Assembly: GCA_018817715.1 (NCBI GenBank)
Contig: JAHITT010000006.1
Span: forward strand, 139,147 to 203,146
Source: Patescibacteria group bacterium
GTDB lineage: Bacteria; Patescibacteriota; Patescibacteriia; Veblenbacterales; UBA10138
Length of the DNA stretch: 64,000 nucleotides
Direction of reading: 5' to 3'
Translations under genes and position numbers: made by a program
Notes under the pieces: generated by a model
The model's input: the letters and a program-made list of their open reading frames with translations, nothing else
Database searches by the model: none
Told to the model about the DNA's origin: nothing
In this document: positions 49,254 through 58,364 of the stretch, one piece after another
Numbering within the stretch: the stretch's first letter is position 1
Layout: each line of letters begins with the position of its first letter

Positions 49254-50111
49254 CTATTTTTGACAAATTGAACACCAATGAGTGCCTCGACCAGCTACAC
49301 GACTTTTACTTATCAGCTGGCTACAATTAGGACAAGGTTGACCAGCTCGACCATAAACTAAACGTTTAGACCAATAACTGCCCGGCCGGCCAATAGCGTC
49401 TACATAGTTACTAAAAGAAGTACCCCGCGCCTTAACAGCCTTTTTTAAAACCGACTTAATTGACTGATAAATTTTTTTAATTTCTAAAGACGTTAAACTT
49501 TTAACTCGCCGATCAGGCTTAACACCTGACAAAAATAAACTCTCATCAACATAAATATTGCCCAAGCCCGCTATTACCGATTGATCCAACAAAACCGCCT
49601 TTAGCAAAGAACCAGACCGTTTTTTAAGATTATCCGTCAAAATCGGTAAAGTAAAATTTTTAGACAACGGTTCTGGTCCGTATTTTTTTAACAAAGCTGA
49701 CAAAGCCCCTTCTGACAAAAATAACCAATAACCAAATTTGCGCACATCATTAAAATAAAGGTTCAAACCACCAGATAAACTTAAAACCAAACGCGTAAAT
49801 TTATTCGGCACTGTAGTAACACCGCTAATAGGGTGACCCCCGCTGGCCAGGCCTTTTTTGGTTTTTATAACTATTTGACCAGTCATTTTTAAGTGCACCG
49901 CTAAACTAACCCTCCTGCTTAAATGAAATAGTAAAAGTTTAGCCCGCCGATCAACTGATTTTATTTTTAATCCCTTAAAAAATTGCTGATAATCTTTAGG
50001 CTGGTTACGCAAAACTGTTTTATCTATAACTAACAATTCTTTAATAGTCCGGCCAATCACCAGCTTTTTTAAATCCTGCCTGATGGTTTCTACTTCCGGC
50101 AATTCGGGCAT
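49254..50111 (-). CDS. mutM: Formamidopyrimidine-DNA glycosylase
   Basis: MPELPEVET, HLKMTG, DVRKFG, GLGNIYVDE, C-terminal zinc finger. Confidence 0.97.
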   Translation of the reverse strand: MPELPEVETIRQDLKKLVIGRTIKELLVIDKTVLRNQPKDYQQFFKGLKIKSVDRRAKLLLFHLSRRVSLAVHLKMTGQIVIKTKKGLASGGHPISGVTTVPNKFTRLVLSLSGGLNLYFNDVRKFGYWLFLSEGALSALLKKYGPEPLSKNFTLPILTDNLKKRSGSLLKAVLLDQSVIAGLGNIYVDESLFLSGVKPDRRVKSLTSLEIKKIYQSIKSVLKKAVKARGTSFSNYVDAIGRPGSYWSKRLVYGRAGQPCPNCSQLISKSRVAGRGTHWCSICQK

Positions 50112-50117
50112 AAAATC

Positions 50118-51698
50118 CTACAACAGACTTTGACCTGTCATCTCCTTACTTTTAGGTAAATTCAAAACATGTAAAATAGTCGGCGCCACATCAGCCAATA
50201 CCCCTAAAGGTATTAACTGACTTAAATCATCGGTTACGGGCTGGCCAGCTAAAGCCTTATGTTGCAGTTGACGACTGGCGATAATAAAAGGCACTGGCGT
50301 ATTAGAATGCTCTTTATCCACTGAACCGGTTTGTAAATTTATTAACCCTTCAGCATTACCATGATCAGCTGTAATAAAAATAGTACCGTCAAATTCCAAA
50401 GTCGCCGCCACTATTTCCCCCAAACATTCGTCTAAAATTTCCACGGCTTTAATAGTAGCCGGTAAATTACCAGTATGCCCAACCATATCGGCATTAGCAT
50501 AATTAATAATTATAAAATCATACAAACCTCGCCTGATTTCTTGTAAAAACCGATCCGTTATAGCCCGAGCCGACATGGCCGGTTTTTGATCATAAGAAGT
50601 CACAACTGGCGACGGTATTAAAGCGTGATCCTCCCCAGCAAAAGGCTGCTCTTGTCCGCCATTAAAAAAATAAGTTACATGAGCGTATTTTTCTGTTTCT
50701 GCTAGATGAAGTTGTCGCAAATTATTTTCCGCTATAATCCTGGCCAAAGGATACTCCACTTTTTCTGGAGGAAAAATAACTTCTACTGGCAAATTCTTAT
50801 CATATTCCGTCATGGTGACAATCAGCAAATTCTTCACTGGCTCAACTTTAAACTTATCAAAACCAGGTACTGATAAAGCCTGTGTTAATTGTCTGGCCCG
50901 ATCGGATCTAAAATTAAAAAATATAACAACATCGTTATCTTGCAACCCTGGATAATCAAAAGTCTTATCTTTAACTACCGTGGGTATTAATTCCTCATCG
51001 TAAACACGAGAAGCATAAGAACTTTTTATAGCTTGGGCAGCGCTGATAGCCGGCTTACCTTGAACTTTAGCCAAAGCCTCGTAGGCCGCCTGAATTCTAT
51101 CCCAATGATTATCCCGATCCATGGCAAAAAAACGACCCATAACAGTTACAATACGGCCGCATTTATTTTTCTTTATTTTATTTTCTAAGTCCTTAATAAA
51201 CCCGGCTCCGGAATTGTAAGCTGTATCCCGACCGTCTAAAATAACGTGAATTACCACATCAGTTAATCCGTTGTCCTTAACTAAATCCAACAAAGCATAC
51301 AAATGATCGATAGAACTATGCACACCTCCCGAACTAACCAAACCTAATAAATGCAACCGACTGCCCGACTGCTTAGCTTGAGCTATAGCTTTTAATAAGG
51401 CCGGATTGGTAAAAAAACTTTTATTAATGATACTATGATTTATACGCAATAAATCCTGATATAAAATTTTTCCCGAACCAATAGTCAAATGTCCAACCTC
51501 ACTATTACCCATCTCACCCCAAGGCAAACCAACCGCCTCACCCGAAGACTGCAAGACACAAGTCGGATAAGTAGCTATTAATCTTTTAAAAACTGGAATA
51601 TTAGCCTGATTAATGGCATTGCCTGGCGAAGGCGGAGCCACACCCCAACCATCTAAAATAACCAAAACAACAGGTTTAAATAATTTTCCTTCTGACAT
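50118..51698 (-). CDS. gpmI: 2,3-bisphosphoglycerate-independent phosphoglycerate mutase, copy 1
   Basis: LDGWG, GNSEVGH, DGRD, FRSDRA, ETEKYAHVT, DMVGHTG, DHGN. Confidence 0.95.
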   Translation of the reverse strand: MSEGKLFKPVVLVILDGWGVAPPSPGNAINQANIPVFKRLIATYPTCVLQSSGEAVGLPWGEMGNSEVGHLTIGSGKILYQDLLRINHSIINKSFFTNPALLKAIAQAKQSGSRLHLLGLVSSGGVHSSIDHLYALLDLVKDNGLTDVVIHVILDGRDTAYNSGAGFIKDLENKIKKNKCGRIVTVMGRFFAMDRDNHWDRIQAAYEALAKVQGKPAISAAQAIKSSYASRVYDEELIPTVVKDKTFDYPGLQDNDVVIFFNFRSDRARQLTQALSVPGFDKFKVEPVKNLLIVTMTEYDKNLPVEVIFPPEKVEYPLARIIAENNLRQLHLAETEKYAHVTYFFNGGQEQPFAGEDHALIPSPVVTSYDQKPAMSARAITDRFLQEIRRGLYDFIIINYANADMVGHTGNLPATIKAVEILDECLGEIVAATLEFDGTIFITADHGNAEGLINLQTGSVDKEHSNTPVPFIIASRQLQHKALAGQPVTDDLSQLIPLGVLADVAPTILHVLNLPKSKEMTGQSLL

Positions 51699-51700
51699 AA

Positions 51701-53269
51701 TTAAGACAACAATCCTGGCCTAGTCATTTCTTTTGGCCGAGGCACCTTCATTAAACTAAGAATAGTTGGCGCAATATCACCTAAGACCCCCTGTTTCTTT
51801 TTAAAACAGCGGTCACGCCAATCAACTTGATACAATAAACAGGGTACCGGGTTGGTTGAATGTTCGGTATCCACCTCACCAGTCTTTGAATTAACAGTTT
51901 CTTCTACATTACCATGATCGGCTGTAATTAACATGCCTCCATGATGCTTAGCCACTTCATGGCCGATTCTGGCCAAACATTTATCTACTGTTTCCATAGC
52001 TATAATACAAGCTTTAGTGTTACCCGTATGGCCAACCATATCTGGATTAGCAAAATTTAAAGTAATAAAATCATACTTTTTATTGCGTAAAACCCTTACA
52101 ACCTCTTTAGTTATTTCTTTGGCCGACATGTCAGGTTTTTTATCATAAGACATAACATTAACAGAAGGAATTACCAGCCGCCCCTCAGCCGCTATTGGCT
52201 GATCATAACCACCGTTAAAAAAATAGGTCACATGGGCGAATTTTTCACTTTCAGCTATATAAAATTGCCGGAATCTTTTTAAAGCCATGGGCAAGGTACC
52301 TTTAATATTTTCACTAGGATAAGCTGTTAAAGTATTGCCCAAATCTGGACCAAAATCAGTCAAAGCCACAAAACATAAATTCTTAAGTACTTTTTGCCTT
52401 TTAAAGGCCCCGGGGTTAATTTCTTCAAAACGCGACTGAACAAAAGGCTTGGTTAACTGTCGAGCCCGATCCGACCTAAGATTAAAAAAAATGACCGCAT
52501 CATTATCTCCTATTAAACCGCTACTTCGTCCAGCTGTTTTTAGATAAGTCGGTTTAATAAATTCATCGCTCTCGCCACGATTATAAGCATGCCTAATAGC
52601 ATCCTCAACTGATTTATCACTTAACCCTTTACCTTGAGTTAATAAATTATAAGTCTGTTCAGTAACCGACCAGTTCTTTTTTCTATCCATGGCATAAAAA
52701 CGTCCGGTAATTGTAGAAACCACTTCACCGTTTTGAAAGTTTTTCTTTACTTCCTGAATGAATTTTAAAGCGTCATACCGGGCTGAATCTCGGCCATCAG
52801 TAAAAAAATGAATAAATATTTTTTTAAACTTAGCTCGTTCAGCCATTTTTAAAAGGGTTATTAAATGATCAGGTGAAACATGGCCACTATTATAATTAGA
52901 TAACAAACCCATTAAATGAAGCGAAGAACGATTTTTTTTAACATGCTGAAAAGCGCTTCGCAAAGCCTTATTACGAAAAAAACTACCATTGGCTATACTT
53001 TTATTTATAATAACCGCATCCTGATCCACTATTCGGCCAGCGCCTATATTCATATGCCCAGCTTCTGAATTACCATCTTGATTCTTGGGTAACCCCACGG
53101 CACTACCACTAGCCGCTAATAAAGCTGAAGGATAATTTTTCTCGACCTCTTTTAAAAAAGGTGTCTTAGCTATTAGTAAAGGATTATTCTTTAATTTCTG
53201 GGGTGATCTACCCCAACCATCTAAAATCGCTAACACCAAAGGTACTACTGGTTTTTGTTGTTTAGTCAT
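51701..53269 (-). CDS. gpmI: 2,3-bisphosphoglycerate-independent phosphoglycerate mutase, copy 2
   Basis: LDGWG, GNSEAGH, DGRD, RSDRA, ESEKFAHVT, DMVGHTG, DHGN. Confidence 0.93.
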   Translation of the reverse strand: MTKQQKPVVPLVLAILDGWGRSPQKLKNNPLLIAKTPFLKEVEKNYPSALLAASGSAVGLPKNQDGNSEAGHMNIGAGRIVDQDAVIINKSIANGSFFRNKALRSAFQHVKKNRSSLHLMGLLSNYNSGHVSPDHLITLLKMAERAKFKKIFIHFFTDGRDSARYDALKFIQEVKKNFQNGEVVSTITGRFYAMDRKKNWSVTEQTYNLLTQGKGLSDKSVEDAIRHAYNRGESDEFIKPTYLKTAGRSSGLIGDNDAVIFFNLRSDRARQLTKPFVQSRFEEINPGAFKRQKVLKNLCFVALTDFGPDLGNTLTAYPSENIKGTLPMALKRFRQFYIAESEKFAHVTYFFNGGYDQPIAAEGRLVIPSVNVMSYDKKPDMSAKEITKEVVRVLRNKKYDFITLNFANPDMVGHTGNTKACIIAMETVDKCLARIGHEVAKHHGGMLITADHGNVEETVNSKTGEVDTEHSTNPVPCLLYQVDWRDRCFKKKQGVLGDIAPTILSLMKVPRPKEMTRPGLLS

Positions 53270-53273
53270 ATTA

Positions 53274-54533
53274 TTACCTATCTTGGTTTATAGTCATTAA
53301 CCGATTATATTTAGCTACTCTCTCTCCCCGACTGGGCGCGCCAGCTTTAAGATAATTGGCCCCAACGGCCACAGCCAAATCCACTATAAAATCATCCATT
53401 GTTTCGCCAGAACGATGTGAAACAATTACTTTATAATTATTAGCCTGAGCCTCTTTAACAGCCATGATTGTTTCCCCTATAGTACCAATCTGATTAGGTT
53501 TAATTAAAATAGCATTAGCTGTTTTATCCACAATTCCCTGCCTTAAACGGCTTAAATTAGTAACAAATAAATCATCTCCTACCAACATTAATTTTTTACC
53601 CAACTGCTCGGTCATAATCTTCCAATTGTGCCAATCATCCTCGGCTAAACCGTCTTCTATAGAAATTAAATTAAAATCTCTGGATAAACTATCATACAAT
53701 TTTATTAAACCATCGGCTGTAATGGTTTGGCCTTGATAAGTATAGACGCCTGATTCATAAAATTCTGAAGCCGCCACATCTAAAGCCAAACCAACCTCGG
53801 CTGATTTATAACCAGCTTCTAAAATAGCTTGCTGTAACAAACCTAAAACTTCTTTAGCCTCTTTAATATTAGGGGCATAACCTCCTTCATTACCAACATT
53901 AGTATTGAGTTTATTAGTTTTTAATATTTTTCCTAAAATGTGAAAAATTTCAGCCCCAGCGCGAACCGATTCTGTAGCAGAAAACTTTCCCTTAACAATC
54001 CGCTTCGGCACAATCATAAATTCCTGAAAAGACAAGCCATTATCCGCATGACAACCGCCGTTAATTACATTCATCATGGGCACGGGTAAATTATCTGTTA
54101 TTTTAAAACCAAAAATATCGGCCAAATAAATATAAAGAGGTTGCCCGGCCACTCCAGCGCCCGCTCTCATTAAAGCCATAGAAACACCTAATAAAGCATT
54201 GGCGCCTAATTTTGATTTGTTAACCGTACCGTCTACTTCCAATAATAACTCGTCTAATTTTTTTATCTCCGCCATTGACCGACCTTTTAAGGCCCTTTTT
54301 ATTTCCGTTGTAACATTATCTATTGCCTTAAGAACACCCAAACCATTATAACGCTTACTATCACCATCTCTTAATTCCCAAGCTTCATGCCGGCCAGTAG
54401 AAACTCCGGAAGGCACGGCCACGCTATAAACACTTTCATCACTTAAAACTACCGCCACCTGCAAAGTGGGATTGCCTCGCGAATCCAATATTTCTCTGGC
54501 TGTTAAATCTTTAATTAATGGAAAATTTGCCAT
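53274..54533 (-). CDS. eno: Enolase
   Basis: AREILDSRGNPT, PSG.STG, QEFM, DVAASEF, IEDG, VGDDL, LIKPNQIG, SHRSGET. Confidence 0.97.
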   Translation of the reverse strand: MANFPLIKDLTAREILDSRGNPTLQVAVVLSDESVYSVAVPSGVSTGRHEAWELRDGDSKRYNGLGVLKAIDNVTTEIKRALKGRSMAEIKKLDELLLEVDGTVNKSKLGANALLGVSMALMRAGAGVAGQPLYIYLADIFGFKITDNLPVPMMNVINGGCHADNGLSFQEFMIVPKRIVKGKFSATESVRAGAEIFHILGKILKTNKLNTNVGNEGGYAPNIKEAKEVLGLLQQAILEAGYKSAEVGLALDVAASEFYESGVYTYQGQTITADGLIKLYDSLSRDFNLISIEDGLAEDDWHNWKIMTEQLGKKLMLVGDDLFVTNLSRLRQGIVDKTANAILIKPNQIGTIGETIMAVKEAQANNYKVIVSHRSGETMDDFIVDLAVAVGANYLKAGAPSRGERVAKYNRLMTINQDR

Positions 54534-54537
54534 AATT

Positions 54538-55722
54538 TTATTTTTTACTCTTTAAATAACCTAAAGCTTTTAAAGCCGGCAGTGTTTGGCCAGCCAAAAA
54601 ATCTAACAAAGCGCTACCAGCTGTAGAAATATGATTCAAAGATAATTTAGCTTGATGCAAAAAAGCCGCTGTTTCACCGCCACCAGCTACCACATAAGCC
54701 CTAGCTCCTTGACTACGCGCCTGCATTAACCAAGCTAAAGATTTAGTGCCATGCGACCATTTTATTTCTTCGGTCAGCCCTAACGGACCAGCCCAAAAAA
54801 TTGTTTTAGCTTTTTTTAGAACCACAGCGTAATCAGCAATAGTCTGAGGGCCAATATCCACTATAGCTTCTGATTTTTTAACTAAAGTAACACTTTTAAC
54901 TAAAGCCTGCTTAGTACTTAATGGCCACTTGGTCACTAGAGCATCAGACGGCAGTAATATTTTTTTGCCAGCCTTTTTTAATATTTTTTTAGCCGCTAAT
55001 AAACTTTTCTTATCTACCAAAGATCGGCCAACTTCCCTGCGACGAGCTAATAAAAAAGTGTTAGCTACCGCCCCGGCTGTTAAAATATATTGGCAACGCG
55101 GTAATAATTTTTGTATAACCGGCAATTTATCAGCTATTTTAGCGCCACCCACTAATAAAACCACTGGCTTGGTTCCTTTTTTTATTACTTGCTCCAAACA
55201 ATCAATTTCATGACTTAAAGCTAAACCAGCATAACTTGGCAAATACTTGGTAATAGCCACCAAAGAAGCGGCCGCTCTGTGGCAAACCGAAAAAGCTTCA
55301 TTAATGTATAAATCCCCCAAGCTGGCTAATTGTTTAGCTAAAGAGGGTTCATTTTTATCTTCACCTGATTCAAACCTAATATTTTCTAATAAAATCAAAT
55401 TTTTCTTAGCCGCCTGTTTAATAGCCAAAGAACCAAAAGATAAAGGTAAAACCTTAACTGGCTGGCGCATTATTTTGCCCAAAGCATAACCAATGGGCTT
55501 TAATGATAAATCAGACACTACTTTACCCTGTGGCCGGCCTAAATGGCCGACAATAATCGGGTAAGCACCTCTGTTAATTAAAAAACGTAAAGTCGGCACA
55601 GCTTGCCTTAAACGACTATCATCCAAAACTTTTTTACCACTAAGTGGCACATTAACGTCCAAACGCACTACAACCAACTTACCCTTAAGCTTTGGAATCT
55701 GAGAAATATTATTAATAGGCAT
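54538..55722 (-). CDS. pgk: Phosphoglycerate kinase (divergent C-terminal motifs)
   Basis: RLDVNVP, HLGRP, LENIRF, GGAK..DK, DIGP; located between gap and eno. Confidence 0.9.
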   Translation of the reverse strand: MPINNISQIPKLKGKLVVVRLDVNVPLSGKKVLDDSRLRQAVPTLRFLINRGAYPIIVGHLGRPQGKVVSDLSLKPIGYALGKIMRQPVKVLPLSFGSLAIKQAAKKNLILLENIRFESGEDKNEPSLAKQLASLGDLYINEAFSVCHRAAASLVAITKYLPSYAGLALSHEIDCLEQVIKKGTKPVVLLVGGAKIADKLPVIQKLLPRCQYILTAGAVANTFLLARRREVGRSLVDKKSLLAAKKILKKAGKKILLPSDALVTKWPLSTKQALVKSVTLVKKSEAIVDIGPQTIADYAVVLKKAKTIFWAGPLGLTEEIKWSHGTKSLAWLMQARSQGARAYVVAGGGETAAFLHQAKLSLNHISTAGSALLDFLAGQTLPALKALGYLKSKK

Positions 55723-56020
55723 ATCGTATATTATAAAACATTTAGCCCAAAAAAACTAATGACTAATAAATAAACATTTCGCCGCTATCCATGGAGCTTA
55801 ACAAATAACTTAAGCATTACTTAAATATTTAATTAACTAAATATTAAAAAAATTAAAAATCAAACACCAAGATGACAAACTTAAAATTCAAAATTTTTCC
55901 ATTTTGATTTATCATTTTCCGTTTTGATTTTTACTTTTTGAATTACTACTATTATCACTCTAACAATTCGCACTCCTCAATTCTAATATTAGTACTCAAA
56001 TTCTTAACCTTTTAATTAAC

Positions 56021-57049
56021 TTAACTTATCTTTTCCGCCAATTCCACCAATCTATTAGAATAACCCCATTCATTGTCGTACCAACCAATTACTTTAACCA
56101 TATTGCCGTCTACCACCTGAGTTAAAGACAAATCCACAATTACCGAAGCCGGGTTACCAATAAAGTCCGAAGAAACCAAAGGTTGGTCGGTTACTTCCAA
56201 AACACCGCGATATTGTTTGCTACGGGCAGCTTTTTTAAAAGCAGCGTTAATTTTGGCTACTGTTAAATTTTTTTCCCTAACCAAAAAAGTAAAATCGGAT
56301 AAAGACACGCAAATCGTGGGTACGCGTACCGCCAATCCATCAAACACACCTTTTAATTTAGGTATAACTTCGGCTGTAGCTAAAGCTGCCCCAGTGCTAG
56401 TAGGTACTATATTTTGGGCAGCCGCCCTAGCTCGGCGCATATCGTTATGCCGAGCTGGTGGCGGACCATCCACCAAGTTCTGCTCGGCTGTATAAGAATG
56501 AATAGTGGTCATCATGGCCTTATGAATACGAAAATTTTCCTGCATTACCTGAGCAATTGGCGTAATACAATTGGTAGTACAAGAAGCATTGGATATTATT
56601 TTATCTTGCAGTTTATCCACATCGCTTACCCCCAAAATAACTGTTGGCACTTCCCCGCCTTTAGCTGGCGCCGACAAAACCACTTTTTGCGCCCCAGCTT
56701 TAAGATGCAAACTAGCATCTTGTTTTTTAGTAAACCGACCAGTACATTCTAAAACCGCTTGCACTTCTAATTTTTGCCAGGGCAATTTGTCCGGCTCTTT
56801 TTCAGCTGTGACTAAATACTTAATACCATCTACAATCAAGTGTTTATTATCATAAGACACTTCCTTATTAAAAACACCGTAAACCGTGTCGTACTTTAAT
56901 AAATGAGCCAAAATTTCCGGCGCCATTAAATCGTTAATGGCTACCACTTTTAAATTCGGTTTGGTTAAGGCAATTTTAAAAGCCGCCCGGCCAATGCGAC
57001 CAAAGCCGTTAATAGCAATTTTAGTAACTGATTTCTTAAGGCTAGGCAT
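56021..57049 (-). CDS. gap: Glyceraldehyde-3-phosphate dehydrogenase, type I
   Basis: INGFGRIGR, SNASCTTNC, TGAA, RVPT, WYDNEWGYSNR. Confidence 0.98.
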   Translation of the reverse strand: MPSLKKSVTKIAINGFGRIGRAAFKIALTKPNLKVVAINDLMAPEILAHLLKYDTVYGVFNKEVSYDNKHLIVDGIKYLVTAEKEPDKLPWQKLEVQAVLECTGRFTKKQDASLHLKAGAQKVVLSAPAKGGEVPTVILGVSDVDKLQDKIISNASCTTNCITPIAQVMQENFRIHKAMMTTIHSYTAEQNLVDGPPPARHNDMRRARAAAQNIVPTSTGAALATAEVIPKLKGVFDGLAVRVPTICVSLSDFTFLVREKNLTVAKINAAFKKAARSKQYRGVLEVTDQPLVSSDFIGNPASVIVDLSLTQVVDGNMVKVIGWYDNEWGYSNRLVELAEKIS

Positions 57050-57141
57050 AATATAAATCTTTAAAAATAAGCACTCTTATTATAGCTTTTTTAACATAAA
57101 AAAAGAAGGCCTTTGTTAGCCTTAGTTTTTAAAATAAATAA

Positions 57142-57186
57142 TGGTGCGGGTCTGTCTTTCCTTAAAGACTTTTGATACCCGCACCA
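57142..57186 (-). terminator. Hairpin downstream of the Asn-rich gene
   Basis: TGGTGCGGGT...ACCCGCACCA 10-bp stem with an inner GTCTTT/AAAGAC stem, followed on (-) by a T-rich tract. Confidence 0.65.
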
Positions 57187-57194
57187 CAGAAATG

Positions 57195-57854
57195 TTATGT
57201 TAATCTCTTCATCATGTTTGTATTAGCGTTACCGGCTGCATTGTTGTGTGTCATCAGCAAATTATCATTTTTATCGCTGAGTCGTGCCACCTCCGAAGAC
57301 ACGGGCCGGTTAGAATTATTTGCGGCATTATTTTGTACGTTGCAGGGTGCATTGTTAAAATTCATCACCAAATTGTTGTTACCAGCTACCAGTGCTACAT
57401 TGTTGTTATCATTTAACAAATTATTTGTAGCCTGCGCCGAATTGTAAGATACATAGTTTACTACAGAGTTGTTACTATTCTGAACCACCACGGCTTCGTT
57501 GTTATTGTTGTTCAACGTGTTTTCTTCGCTCTGTGCCGGGTTGTAAGATACGTTAGATGTTAAGTTTACATCAAGATTTGTTGCAGAGATACCATTGAAA
57601 TTTACCTGATTCAGACTATTCTGAGTCGCCGCTTCATTAACTGTTTGCAATATTACGGTGCTGTTTTCTACCTGAGCTTTTTCAAATTGATTGCTATCTG
57701 TTGTAGCTACCGGCGGTGCTAAATCATTTTCAGCTGCCATTGCCACAACGTTAGTATTGTCATTTACGCTATTATCCACATTTGTCTGAACATTGAATAT
57801 TAATAGAGTAAATAATAATCCTAGCAAAGGGATAAAAACTTTTTTTACATTCAT
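57195..57854 (-). CDS. Secreted or membrane-anchored Asn-rich low-complexity protein
   Basis: Signal-like N-terminus MNVKKVFIPLLGLLFTLLIF; ~55 of 219 residues are Asn; AAGGGGA SD; own downstream hairpin. Confidence 0.75.
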   Translation of the reverse strand: MNVKKVFIPLLGLLFTLLIFNVQTNVDNSVNDNTNVVAMAAENDLAPPVATTDSNQFEKAQVENSTVILQTVNEAATQNSLNQVNFNGISATNLDVNLTSNVSYNPAQSEENTLNNNNNEAVVVQNSNNSVVNYVSYNSAQATNNLLNDNNNVALVAGNNNLVMNFNNAPCNVQNNAANNSNRPVSSEVARLSDKNDNLLMTHNNAAGNANTNMMKRLT

Positions 57855-57913
57855 TTTGAATCCCCTTAAATTTGTTTTTTGTTAATTAATTGTTAAAAAC
57901 CAAAAAGGAAGTA

Positions 57914-58036
57914 TTACGCACCAGGTGGCCTAGGGAGTTCATTAAAAGCAACCTGGACTTGACTATACCCGCAACAAATATCAGCGGGTACGAAATCGGG
58001 TACAACGCAAACAAAAACGCTTGGATTTAGTACCAA
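57914..58036 (-). CDS. Putative leader peptide/uORF (40 aa)
   Basis: GGAGG-6 nt-TTG; MVLNPSVFVCVVPDFVPADICCGYSQVQVAFNELPRPPGA. Confidence 0.5.
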   Translation of the reverse strand: MVLNPSVFVCVVPDFVPADICCGYSQVQVAFNELPRPPGA

Positions 58037-58314
58037 TTTGTACCTCCGGTTTAAAATTAGTTAATTAATTGTTTCTGTTAGTTATGGTACTAACAGAGGC
58101 AGGATTTTAAAGAACAAGGACTATTAAGAAATAAGACTTTCCAATTTATTTTTTATCTTACTATGTTTATAGCTTTATAAAAGACTTATAAACGTTAAGA
58201 CTTATTTTTGGTTGGCCTTTCTTTACAGACCGTCTTACTTCTTGGAACAATTTTTTATTTTTAATGTGTTAAATTTACTACTTTAACAAAAAATGTCAAA
58301 TTTTAGCCCAAACC

Positions 58315-58347
58315 AACGCCTCAATTAAACAAACAACCTGAGGCGTT
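58315..58347. terminator. Hairpin closing the region downstream of pyrH
   Basis: AACGCCTCA...TGAGGCGTT. Confidence 0.5.
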
Positions 58348-58364
58348 CAAGTATTTATATCACC

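Noticed and set aside
57066-57090. CIRCE-like TAAGCACTC upstream of gap
   Set aside because: Only one imperfect half-site, with no partner at 9-nt spacing
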